Below are positions 28,156 through 36,523 of a stretch of DNA of 64,000 nt, piece after piece (the first letter of the stretch is position 1; each line of letters begins with the position of its first letter). This stretch comes from an uncultured Enterobacteriaceae bacterium (GTDB lineage Bacteria; Desulfobacterota; Binatia; Bin18), in the NCBI GenBank assembly GCA_964495015.1, contig CAZBUD010000014.1:7670-71669 (forward strand), written 5' to 3'. The notes under the pieces are model-generated. The model was given only the letters and a program-made list of their open reading frames with translations. It was not told the DNA's origin and made no database searches. The position numbers were made by a program, and so were the translations under genes.

Positions 28156-28183
28156 CTTGACTCTTCTCTCAGCGTACTTATCT
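28156..28183 (+). promoter_or_regulatory. Candidate RpoH (sigma32)-type heat-shock promoter for hsp20
   Basis: CTTG-N17-CTTATCT lies ~45 nt upstream of the hsp20 ATG. As I recall it, the heat-shock consensus is CTTG-N17-CYTATNT. Confidence 0.35.
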
Positions 28184-28226
28184 TTTGTTTGTCAGACACA
28201 ACTCAAACAGACAGGAGGTATAAAAA

Positions 28227-28712
28227 ATGAGGCGAGAACTAAGTGTGTGGCGAGGTTCTTTTATGGCGGTGAGTCCCTGGCGACAAGACATGCAGCGTGT
28301 CTTTAATCATTTCTACGATGATCGTGCTTGGCTGACGGTCGGGACGCCGGTGAGTGCGGGGCCCGCGCCTAGGATCGACAGCTACGTCGAGGGCGATGAG
28401 ATCCACATCAAAGGGGATTTTCCAGGTATTGATCCCAAGGATGTTGAAATCTCGCTTGATGGAAGCCGGCTGACGCTCAAAGCCGAACGCAAGGCGGACA
28501 GCCAAGAGGAGAAAGGCCGCTATTTCCATAGAGAGATTTCATACGGTTCGTTCGAACGGTCGTTTGTCCTGCCGAGAGGCGTGGATGTTGAGAAGATAGC
28601 AGCGATCTCTAAGAATGGAACGCTCGAGGTGGTTGTCCCGCTGCCGGAATCCGCGACGCCAAAACGGATTATGGTTGATGTGAAAACCGAGGACGCGACT
28701 GCTACAGCCTAA
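28227..28712 (+). CDS. Hsp20/alpha-crystallin family small heat-shock protein
   Basis: Alpha-crystallin domain: IKGDFPGIDPKDVEISLDGSRLTLKAER...YGSFERSFVLP...NGTLEVVVP. AGGAGG RBS. Confidence 0.9.
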   Translation: MRRELSVWRGSFMAVSPWRQDMQRVFNHFYDDRAWLTVGTPVSAGPAPRIDSYVEGDEIHIKGDFPGIDPKDVEISLDGSRLTLKAERKADSQEEKGRYFHREISYGSFERSFVLPRGVDVEKIAAISKNGTLEVVVPLPESATPKRIMVDVKTEDATATA

Positions 28713-28748
28713 GGGCTGCTCCTGCTCCTTCTTTCTCTAACGTGCTGG

Positions 28749-28780
28749 GGGCTCATCCTGAGCCCTCTTCTTTCTTTCCT
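28749..28780 (+). terminator. Probable intrinsic terminator after hsp20
   Basis: GGGCTCA-TCC-TGAGCCC followed by the T-rich tract TCTTCTTTCTTTCC. Confidence 0.55.
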
Positions 28781-29435
28781 CAATCCACCGATTAAAGCCT
28801 TCAGACTTCCCGAGTTACCCGATGACGTTGGCTCCAACTACTAGTTTATTGACAGATACCGGCAGAACACTGAGCCGAGCCAAGAGCTGGCTTGAGGGCG
28901 CAAGCTGTTCGGTCACAACATTCGTCGAGAGTCCTGAGAAGGCATCCGTCCGCGCCGTGACCGCGGTGACTCTTGCAGTCTCTGTTCTGCTAATCGGGCT
29001 TTTTCCAAGTCTAGCCGAGCTAGGTCGTGCCGAGAGCGACAATTTCGTAATCAATCCAGGGCGGCGCACTGAATCCCACGGGGAGCTAACCACTTAGGAT
29101 CTTCACGAAAATGTTACGCCCCTCTTTTGCTTCTGGTGGGACGATAAGAAGCTTCATTAGCTCAATCGGGATCCTTACCGCTCTCGCTATTAAGAAGCTC
29201 CTTGAGAGTCTTTTTCCACAGCGTTGCCGCTTCCATCATCAATTGCGACTTTTTTCTCTAGAATCTCGTTTAAAAGGGCTGCTCGCCTCTCGGCAATAAG
29301 TCCTCGTTGTTGCGAAGCTTCTCGCACTAAAAGCTCCTGCGTAGCTCGTTTGAGCAAAAAGGATTTTGGCCTGCCAACGCTGACGGTGTAGTAGAGTTTT
29401 GGCAATCCGGGCTTGATATTCTTTGCCTTGTTGTT

Positions 29436-29800
29436 CTAAAAGTTCGGCGCTTTCTCGGTTTCTTCTAAGACCTGTTGGGAGAGGATCTCGGCCTCAGCGA
29501 TCATGGTCGCGCCTCCGAGCAGCATGGCGGGTACGTCCCACTCCATGATGGCAGCGAACTTGTCGTGGCTGAGCTCGGTATAGGCCAGGCCGAGGATAGG
29601 AATAAGACTGAGGTAAAACGCGCCCGTGTCGAGGATATCGAGATCTTCAGCCACCCCGCGCGGGTGCGGCAGTTGACGAGCCTCGGTACCACAAGGCAGC
29701 CGGTTGCGTGGATCTCGATGTCAACGCGGCCCTTGTACTCGTTCTCAATGCTGGCCACGATGCCGTCTTCGATGACAAGGTCGTAGCGGTTGCAGTCTGC
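29436..29800 (-). pseudogene. N-terminal remnant of an amidohydrolase (TrzA/MtaD/SsnA-like deaminase fold), frameshifted and truncated
   Basis: YDLVIEDGIVASI...VDIEIHATGCLVVPRLVNCRTR resembles DLLIxxG...IDAxGKLVMPGLVNAHTH, with both metal-binding His replaced by Arg. Similarity continues in another frame (AEDLDILDTGAFYLS...LLGGATMIAEAEILS) and then stops. Confidence 0.5.
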
Positions 29801-29903
29801 GCGATTGTTTCGAGCCTCCCTAATGTCTTTGTCTTCGAAGAGCGAGGTGATACAGTGCGCTCCACACTGAGGTGTTTCTATCACAAGAGAAAAGGAGATT
29901 GTT

Positions 29904-30848
29904 ATGGCCCGTATCGGAGTGGTTGCTGCCAATATGTCAGGATTATCGTTCCCGGAGCTGACAGATTTTGCCAAGAGCGCTGAGTCGGCCGGATTTGAGG
30001 CGATCTTTTCGCCGGAGTTTATGAACGATTCTTTGATGAATTGCCAGATTATGGCCCAGGCAACTTCCAGCATCAAGGTTGGAACCTGGATTACGAACAT
30101 TTATCTGCGCCACGCTGCTCTGTGCGCGCAGTCGGCCATTGCGATTGACGATACGTCGAATGGTCGGCTGATTCTTGGCCTTGGTGTGAGCCACCGGCCC
30201 ATTGTTGAAGGATTGTACCAAGAAAAGATGGAAAAACCGCGCAACTTCATGCGCCAGTACATCGGGGCGATCCGTGACATGGCGGCTGGCAAAGAGTTGC
30301 CAGGCATGGCCATGCAACCGCGTGCTGCTACCAACCATATCCCTATCTATATTGGAGCGTTGGCCCTGGGGACGGTCACCTTGAGTGGTGAGCTTGCAGA
30401 CGGAGTGATGCTATACCTCTGTCCCAAGAGTCGCATTCCGTCAGCCCTCGCAGCGGTAGAAAAAGGAGCGGCGAAAGCAGGGCGCCCGGTGTCGGATATT
30501 GATATCACTACCGGTATTCTTTCTTCTATTCATGACGACGTTGGTCTGGCAACACAAGCGGCGAGAGATAATCTCAGCTTTTATGGCGGGTTGCCGTATT
30601 ACAACAAGCTCTTCCAAGAGAGTGGCTTTGAGGCTGAAGCAACAGAAATGGGAAAAGGTGCAGGCCAGGGAGCATCCGATCGAATGGCTCAGGAATTGGC
30701 TGTGATCGGATCGCCGGCTCAATGTAGAGAACAATTAGCCGCCTTTCGCGAAGCCGGCATCGACATGCCGATTCTCAATCCTGTGCCGGTGGGAGACCAG
30801 ACCTACGCCCAAGCGGTGCAAAAGGCGATTGAGACGTTTGCTCAGTAA
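29904..30848 (+). CDS. LLM-class flavin/F420-dependent oxidoreductase
   Basis: GRLILGLGVSH luciferase-like motif. AAGGAG RBS. Confidence 0.85.
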   Translation: MARIGVVAANMSGLSFPELTDFAKSAESAGFEAIFSPEFMNDSLMNCQIMAQATSSIKVGTWITNIYLRHAALCAQSAIAIDDTSNGRLILGLGVSHRPIVEGLYQEKMEKPRNFMRQYIGAIRDMAAGKELPGMAMQPRAATNHIPIYIGALALGTVTLSGELADGVMLYLCPKSRIPSALAAVEKGAAKAGRPVSDIDITTGILSSIHDDVGLATQAARDNLSFYGGLPYYNKLFQESGFEAEATEMGKGAGQGASDRMAQELAVIGSPAQCREQLAAFREAGIDMPILNPVPVGDQTYAQAVQKAIETFAQ

Positions 30849-30868
30849 TTGGCGGGGTGATCCATGAA

Positions 30869-30900
30869 TCGCCTGGGCGCAGCATGCTGCGCCCAGGCGA
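30869..30900. repeat. Perfect 32-nt palindrome between convergent genes (REP-like, possible bidirectional terminator)
   Basis: TCGCCTGGGCGCAGCATGCTGCGCCCAGGCGA is its own reverse complement. Confidence 0.85.
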
Positions 30901-30913
30901 GATGGCCTCGCCC

Positions 30914-31957
30914 CTACCGCCCTTCCGGAATCTTCCACCGCTCGCCAACGGCCAAAATCTTAATTGGATCCAGTGCACCGCCGGCTTTCTCAATAACCCG
31001 CCGGAGTTGGCGTGGCGGTTCGTCAATGGGCTCGTCCGTGAGCGGAAATGTTCCCCAGTGACAGGGCAGCATCCAACGCGCCTTGAGATCGTGAAAGGCC
31101 TGATATGCCTCCGTTGGGTTCAGATGGGAGTAGTGCATGATCCAGCGTGGCTCATATGCCCCGATGGGTATCATCGCAACATCAATGGGGCCGAATTTTT
31201 TTCCTATTTCGGTAAAGCCGTGAAAATAGCCGGTGTCGCCGGCGAAAAAATAGGTCCGTTCGTCATTGGCAATGACCCAGCCACACCACAGGGTTGAATT
31301 CTGCCACTGGTCGATACGCTGCGACCAGTGCTGAACGGGGACACAAGTCACTTTCCAGGGGCCGTGTTGCGCCGTTTGCCACCAGTCCAATTCGACGGCT
31401 TTCCGCCCTTTTTTTTCGATCCATTTACCTAGGCCCAGGGGCACAAACCACGTGACCGTCTGGGGCAGATTCTCAACCGTATACGCATCGAGATGATCGT
31501 AGTGGTTGTGGGACACCACGGCGAACGCGTTGTTCGGAATTGTTGAAATCGGCACGCCGGGCGGATGGTGGCGCGCTGGCAGGAGGGCGCGTTTGCCAAA
31601 GTGCGGATCCGTCAGAAAAACATCTGCTCCGTCGTGAACGGCAAAGGTCGAATGGCCCACCCAGGTGACGGAAGCCGAGTCTTCTGGTGTGGCAAACGAG
31701 TTGCCGTCATTGTTTACCCGAGGCACATCGAGCGGATCACGCCGCTGGCCAGTATAAGCGCTGCGGGACACGGTCCAGCGGAATAGGTCCGTATAGCTCT
31801 TATTCCACCCGCGCCACGGGTTAAACCACGCACTGGGTTGGCCGTGTGCGGCGTATAACAGCGATGGATCGGGATTCAGCTCTGGCGTACGATCTGGAGG
31901 AACCGAACAGGAGGCAAGCGCTGAGCAAACGATAAGGCAGAAGAAACGACGAGTCAT
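30914..31957 (-). CDS. MBL-fold metallo-hydrolase lipoprotein (NAPE-PLD-like)
   Basis: Lipobox signal MTRRFFCLIVCSALASCS and a VSHNHYDHLD metal motif. Confidence 0.8.
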   Translation of the reverse strand: MTRRFFCLIVCSALASCSVPPDRTPELNPDPSLLYAAHGQPSAWFNPWRGWNKSYTDLFRWTVSRSAYTGQRRDPLDVPRVNNDGNSFATPEDSASVTWVGHSTFAVHDGADVFLTDPHFGKRALLPARHHPPGVPISTIPNNAFAVVSHNHYDHLDAYTVENLPQTVTWFVPLGLGKWIEKKGRKAVELDWWQTAQHGPWKVTCVPVQHWSQRIDQWQNSTLWCGWVIANDERTYFFAGDTGYFHGFTEIGKKFGPIDVAMIPIGAYEPRWIMHYSHLNPTEAYQAFHDLKARWMLPCHWGTFPLTDEPIDEPPRQLRRVIEKAGGALDPIKILAVGERWKIPEGR

Positions 31958-31972
31958 GCAATAAGAGGGGTA

Positions 31973-32956
31973 TCACGTCTTATACAGCTGGGCGACAAAC
32001 TCCGCATAGCCGTTGTAGATCAGGGTCGCTCGGACTTCTCTCGTCCCCAAGATGCGCTCACTAGCTTGTGACCAACGTGGATGCGGAATAGCAGGATTCA
32101 CGTTCGCAACGTAGTCGTACTCCCAAGGAATTAGCGTATTCCAGAAGGTCTTGGGCTGTTCCTCCACAAACTCTACACGCGTGATGGACTTGATGCTCTT
32201 ATAACCATACTTCCACGGCAGCGCGAGCCGAATAGGGGCGCCATGTTGTTTGGTCAGCTCATGGCCATAGATACCAGTCACAAGGAGTGCCATATCGTTT
32301 GTGGCTTCTGCCATGGTCAAACCTTCAAAATACGGCCACGGGTAGGTGTCATTGCGCAAGCCGGGGGCCTGTTCCGGATTGTTGAAGGTGAGGATGCGCA
32401 CATGCTTAGCCGACGAGAGAGGTTGGACGAGGTCAAGAAGCGCTTTCATGGGAAAGCCCGTCCAGGGCACGGCCATCGACCACGCTTCGACACAGCGGTG
32501 GCGGTAGAGACGCTCTTCGAGCGGCATTTTGCGAATCAAATCGTCGATATCAAAGGTCTGGGGTTTCTTAACGAGACCGGTCACTTCGAACTGCCACGGG
32601 CGGGTCTGAAAACGCTCGACTAAACGGGCGACGAGTTCTTTACGCGAGCTGAATTCGTAGAAGTTATTGTAATTCGCGGCGTCTGTTTCGTTAGTTAAGG
32701 GATGCTCCAGTGTAAACCGCTCATTATGCTTTGCCGGATACAGGTTGGCAGTTAGACTCGGCTTTGGAAGGCCAGGGATGACCGAGGGGGCTTGTGTTTC
32801 CTTCGCGCCCGAGCTTTCGCAGCCTGAGAGGGTGCCGAGCGTACTGATACCGGCAATGCCCAGGGCCTGAAGAAATGTACGCCGGTTCAGGTAGACGTCC
32901 TCCGAGGTTGCCGTTCGTTCAGGGATTTCCCAACCGTGCCGGGTTCGAATCAGCAT
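31973..32956 (-). CDS. msrP: Protein-methionine-sulfoxide reductase catalytic subunit (YedY-type molybdoenzyme)
   Basis: Tat signal (NRRTFLQALGIAG). YNNFYEF, RCVEAWSM.VPW.GFP, GAPIRL..PWKYG.KSIKS and HPRWSQA.ER are collinear with E. coli YedY as I recall it. Confidence 0.9.
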   Translation of the reverse strand: MLIRTRHGWEIPERTATSEDVYLNRRTFLQALGIAGISTLGTLSGCESSGAKETQAPSVIPGLPKPSLTANLYPAKHNERFTLEHPLTNETDAANYNNFYEFSSRKELVARLVERFQTRPWQFEVTGLVKKPQTFDIDDLIRKMPLEERLYRHRCVEAWSMAVPWTGFPMKALLDLVQPLSSAKHVRILTFNNPEQAPGLRNDTYPWPYFEGLTMAEATNDMALLVTGIYGHELTKQHGAPIRLALPWKYGYKSIKSITRVEFVEEQPKTFWNTLIPWEYDYVANVNPAIPHPRWSQASERILGTREVRATLIYNGYAEFVAQLYKT

Positions 32957-33050
32957 GACGCATCCTTTCTGCTATTTTTTCCGTCTTTTTCATGCAGGCT
33001 TTTCATTTTTGATGCTTATCCGCATAGGTTCGTTTCGGTGGGCTGCTCTT

Positions 33051-33725
33051 TTAAGCTAGAACTAGGCCCTGTCCAAACAAGAAGCCGTCTCTTGAACGAT
33101 GTCCGCGTGGAAAGAAGATGCCAGGATGTCGACGTCGAGCGGGTAACAGGTGCGAGTGTGGGACAAGACGTCCACGCCGAAAGCTGTACGAGCGGTTCCG
33201 GTGCCAGAAGTGCTTGGAGTGGTAGGGCGCATACGGACCGATGAAACCGTGGAAGGGGGCAGGATCATGAGAATAAACATGGCGGACCTGGGGCGCTGGC
33301 TGGCGAATAATAATCTGTGTTAGAGGACGGCGAGGGGCGGCCTCCGAGACCGTTCGTGCCAACTCTCCGACCATCCGCAACTGCCGTTCGGCAGTCTGTA
33401 AGCAGCGTTCAAGGCCACGTTCGTATGCGGCAATATGCGCTTGCGCAACACTCGTTTGCACAGCAGACGAATCTTGGGTGCGGTTAGCGGGCACCGGCGA
33501 GGCGACGGCCGGGGGGCGTTTGCATGCGAATCTTGAGGTAAACGTCCACGCGGCCTCTCCTTTATCCTCTTGGACTGTCGCGACATCATTACTAAAATGG
33601 CGGCTGCCGTTTGGACTCCGCCACTCGTAGGCGGTGGCCCAACCGTCAGTAGAGAAAGGGGAGGAGAGTATCAGCACGAGGCCGAAGCAGCTGAATGTCC
33701 GAGGTCTTAGAAGTGTCAGACGCAT
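33051..33725 (-). CDS. Secreted hypothetical protein, DUF4124-like N-terminus and Arg/His-rich C-terminus
   Basis: Signal peptide, then YEWRSPNGSRHFSNDVATV (the DUF4124-type Y.W.D..G..HFSD pattern). The tail is HSKHFWHRNRSYSFRRGRLVPHSHLLPARRRHPGIFFPRGHRSRD. Confidence 0.5.
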   Translation of the reverse strand: MRLTLLRPRTFSCFGLVLILSSPFSTDGWATAYEWRSPNGSRHFSNDVATVQEDKGEAAWTFTSRFACKRPPAVASPVPANRTQDSSAVQTSVAQAHIAAYERGLERCLQTAERQLRMVGELARTVSEAAPRRPLTQIIIRQPAPQVRHVYSHDPAPFHGFIGPYAPYHSKHFWHRNRSYSFRRGRLVPHSHLLPARRRHPGIFFPRGHRSRDGFLFGQGLVLA

Positions 33726-33999
33726 AGGTAACACTGTCTCTGCTTAACGACCGGACATTACCGGCTTGTTGCTCGCCCTTCGACAAGCTCGGGGTGAGCG
33801 GGAATGGCAACTATCAAGGTGAGGTCATACAACGCTTCCATATCTCATTCACGCTTGCTGCACCTCATCGTAGGCCACAGGCGTATAGAGTCAAGCGAGC
33901 AGGAAGATTCCTTCACACCGTTAAGCAGAGCATTGTCAAGCATTCATCAATCAGCCACAATCGCTCATTCGTACGTTTGAGATGCGCACAGGAGGGGAT

Positions 34000-35259
34000 A
34001 TGGCTAAGGAGACAAAAGGCTCGAAAAAATTACTCGCCGGGATCAAGGTGCTCGACTTTACTCAATATCTGGCCGGTCCGTCTGCCACCCGGATTCTGGC
34101 CGACCTGGGTGCCAATGTCATCAAGATTGAACGCACACCCAGCGGTGACCTGGGTCGGCAGATCCATCTTGTCGATCATGGCCAGAGCGCGTTCTATATT
34201 GCTGCCTGCGCGGGCAAGAAAAGTGTGTGTGTTGAGATCAAACATCCCAAGGGAAAAGAAATCGTACACGAGCTGGTGCATCAGGCGGATGTGGTGGTTG
34301 AGAATTATAGTCCTGGGGTCATGGCACGACTTGGCTTGGATTATGACACCCTCAAAGAACTCAATCCTAAACTGATCATGTGCTCGGTGTCGGGCTACGG
34401 GCAGGATGGTCCGTACGCCAAGCATACGAGTTTTGACATTATCGCCCAGGCGCAGAGCGGGGTGATGTCCATGACCGGTCAGCCGGACGGCCCGCCAACT
34501 TATGTCGGCAACTATTTCGGCGATCCGAATGCGGGGATTCATGGCGCATTGGCCATTTGCGCGGCGTTGTTTAGCCGCGCCATGACTGGCGAGGGGCAAT
34601 ATATCGACGTATCGCAGCTCGAGTCCTTGGTCTATTTGGATTACATCAACTTCCCGCTGTATATGATGAGCCAAGGCGAGATCGTTCCGCAGCGTTTTGG
34701 CGGAGACTTTTTTAACGTCTGCCCGTACGGCGTGTACAAGGCCAAAAAGGGCTATGTCGTTCTTGCTGTGGTCGAACACCAGTGGCCGGCCTTAACCAAG
34801 GCCATGGGCAAGCCCGAGTTAGCGACCGACGAACGCTACGCCACTATGGCCGACCGTTTACAGCGGCGGGGGGAAGTGCGCGAATATATCGAAGACTGGC
34901 TGCAAACATTTGAAGATGACGAAACGCCGCTGAAAATTTTGCTTGAAGCACGGGTGCCCTCCGCGCCTATTCTGGATATCCCGGCTGCTGCCGCTCATCC
35001 ACAGTTGAAAGCACGCGGGTTATTCCAAGACATGCCGCATCCGCTACTCGGCTCAACACCAGTTGCCAAATCGCCGTTTCATTTTTCGAATGCGGACGTT
35101 GAGATCCCGTTCCGCGCCGCATTTCTTGGTGAGCATAATGAAGAAGTTCTTCGGGAACACCTATCCTATACCGAGGAGCAGATCGCTGCGCTGTATGCGG
35201 ATGGGGTGCTTATTCAAGAAGAGCAGGTGAAAGAGCTGCGCGAGGCAGGGAAGCTGTAG
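34000..35259 (+). CDS. Family III CoA-transferase (CaiB/BaiF)
   Basis: LLAGIKVLDFTQYLAGPSATRILADLGANVIKIE signature. GGAGGGG RBS. Confidence 0.85.
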   Translation: MAKETKGSKKLLAGIKVLDFTQYLAGPSATRILADLGANVIKIERTPSGDLGRQIHLVDHGQSAFYIAACAGKKSVCVEIKHPKGKEIVHELVHQADVVVENYSPGVMARLGLDYDTLKELNPKLIMCSVSGYGQDGPYAKHTSFDIIAQAQSGVMSMTGQPDGPPTYVGNYFGDPNAGIHGALAICAALFSRAMTGEGQYIDVSQLESLVYLDYINFPLYMMSQGEIVPQRFGGDFFNVCPYGVYKAKKGYVVLAVVEHQWPALTKAMGKPELATDERYATMADRLQRRGEVREYIEDWLQTFEDDETPLKILLEARVPSAPILDIPAAAAHPQLKARGLFQDMPHPLLGSTPVAKSPFHFSNADVEIPFRAAFLGEHNEEVLREHLSYTEEQIAALYADGVLIQEEQVKELREAGKL

Positions 35260-35529
35260 TCTGTATCAGAGGTACGGTCCCGTCGATTCTTAAGGCAAAT
35301 GTTTCGTACCATTCTCCTTCCACCCTGCGTGGTGAATTTGTCCTAAAAGTCCGAGGCCACTGGTCCGTTGCTGGGGCCGAGGGCCCGAGTCTGGAGATTT
35401 TTGGCAGGGAGGGCAAGAGGAAGAGTATGGACTCATAATCTGAAAACGTTGCGTTGATCTTCTCCGACCGTTGGGTTAGACCGGTTGAACTAATTAGACA
35501 TAACCCATCAAGTCAGGAAGGTGGAGACC

Positions 35530-36354
35530 ATGGCGTATCAGAATCTCATATTCGAGAAAAAGAACCAGATCGGCTATCTCACACTCAACCGACCAAGCAA
35601 GCTGAACGCCCTCAGCAAGGAACTCATGGCCGAGTTATCGCAGGCATTTGACGCGATTGAGGCGGATGAAGAAGTCCGTGTCGTGATCCTGACGGGAGCT
35701 GGCCGGGCGTTTTCTGCCGGATTTAATATTGCGCCCCAGGAAGGCGAGCCCGAGCTGTATGAGCGTACTGCCGATAGCTGGCGGTCAGACCTCAAGCAGA
35801 ATATTGAAACGTTTCTCAAGATATGGAATTCGGGCAAACCGTATATTGCCGCGATTAACGGCTATGCGCTGGCTGGCGCCTGCGAGCTGGCTCAACTGTG
35901 CGATATCAAGATTTCCTCCGAGCAGGCGGTTTTAGGCGAGCCGGAGATTCGTTTTGGCACGGGGCCTCCGGTATTGGTCACCCCATTTAGTGTCGGCTTT
36001 GCCAAGGCCAAGGAGCTGCTCCTGACTGGAGAGATGATTTCGGCGCAGGAGGCTGAGCGTCTGGGCATGATTAACCGCGTCGTGCCCCACGATCAGCTCA
36101 TGAAAGAGTGCGAGAAAACAGCTCGGAAGCTCATCAAGATTTCCCGGGTTGGGGTGAAGTTTAACAAAGCGGCCATTAACCGGGCGTATGAAAACATGGG
36201 CTTTCTCAACAGCATCTACCAGAATCTTGATCTGGTGGTGATGTTCGATACAACCCGAACGCAGGAGCAAGAAACGTTTAACCAGATTCGGAAAGAAAAA
36301 GGACTGCGTGCCGCGCTGGATTGGCGTGATGCATTGTTTAAAGAGGACGAGTAG
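35530..36354 (+). CDS. Enoyl-CoA hydratase/isomerase (crotonase) family protein
   Basis: IGYLTLNRPSKLNAL...VVILTGAGRAFSAGFNI...AAINGYALAGACELA. Confidence 0.9.
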   Translation: MAYQNLIFEKKNQIGYLTLNRPSKLNALSKELMAELSQAFDAIEADEEVRVVILTGAGRAFSAGFNIAPQEGEPELYERTADSWRSDLKQNIETFLKIWNSGKPYIAAINGYALAGACELAQLCDIKISSEQAVLGEPEIRFGTGPPVLVTPFSVGFAKAKELLLTGEMISAQEAERLGMINRVVPHDQLMKECEKTARKLIKISRVGVKFNKAAINRAYENMGFLNSIYQNLDLVVMFDTTRTQEQETFNQIRKEKGLRAALDWRDALFKEDE

Positions 36355-36372
36355 AAAGTCGGCCGACTATGA

Positions 36373-36467
36373 GCCTATCTGAATAACGATTTTAAGGTGT
36401 CATGTTGAGCGATTCTTCGCTTCGCTCAACATGACAGAACCGGGTGTCTATGGTTATTCGGATAGGC
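36373..36467. repeat. Nested palindromic REP-like element between convergent genes
   Basis: Inner perfect 15-bp stem TGTCATGTTGAGCGA / TCGCTCAACATGACA (36398-36436). Outer arms GCCTATCTGAATAAC / GTTATTCGGATAGGC match 14/15. Confidence 0.75.
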
Positions 36468-36523
36468 ACTAACAGGAAGTCGGAAGAATGGGATCGAGGA
36501 TGGGTATGTGTGTGTTGGCGCCT

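Noticed and set aside
28815-29097. A pair of ~91-aa ORFs exactly antisense to each other (28822-29097 plus, 28815-29093 minus).
   Set aside because: Neither has an RBS or a recognisable motif, and both are Ser/Thr/Ala/Arg-rich. They lie in the decayed, gene-poor stretch. Mutual overlap suggests chance open frames.
29190-29405. A 71-aa minus-strand ORF (..RGLIAERRAALLNEILEKK..) considered as an RHH antitoxin or transposase OrfA fragment.
   Set aside because: It has a TTG start without an RBS, adjacent frames carry similar coiled-coil-like text, and I could not match a family confidently. It is treated as part of the decayed region.
32930-32960. A GGGTTCGAATC string resembling a tRNA T-loop.
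   Set aside because: The flanks cannot form a T-stem or acceptor stem. The sequence is the reverse complement of the msrP N-terminal codons (MLIRTRHGW).
33794-34375. A 193-aa ORF spanning the divergent spacer and running into the CoA-transferase gene in another frame.
   Set aside because: It has no RBS and a low-complexity basic translation. It overlaps the well-supported CaiB-family gene that starts at 34000 with a GGAGGGG RBS.
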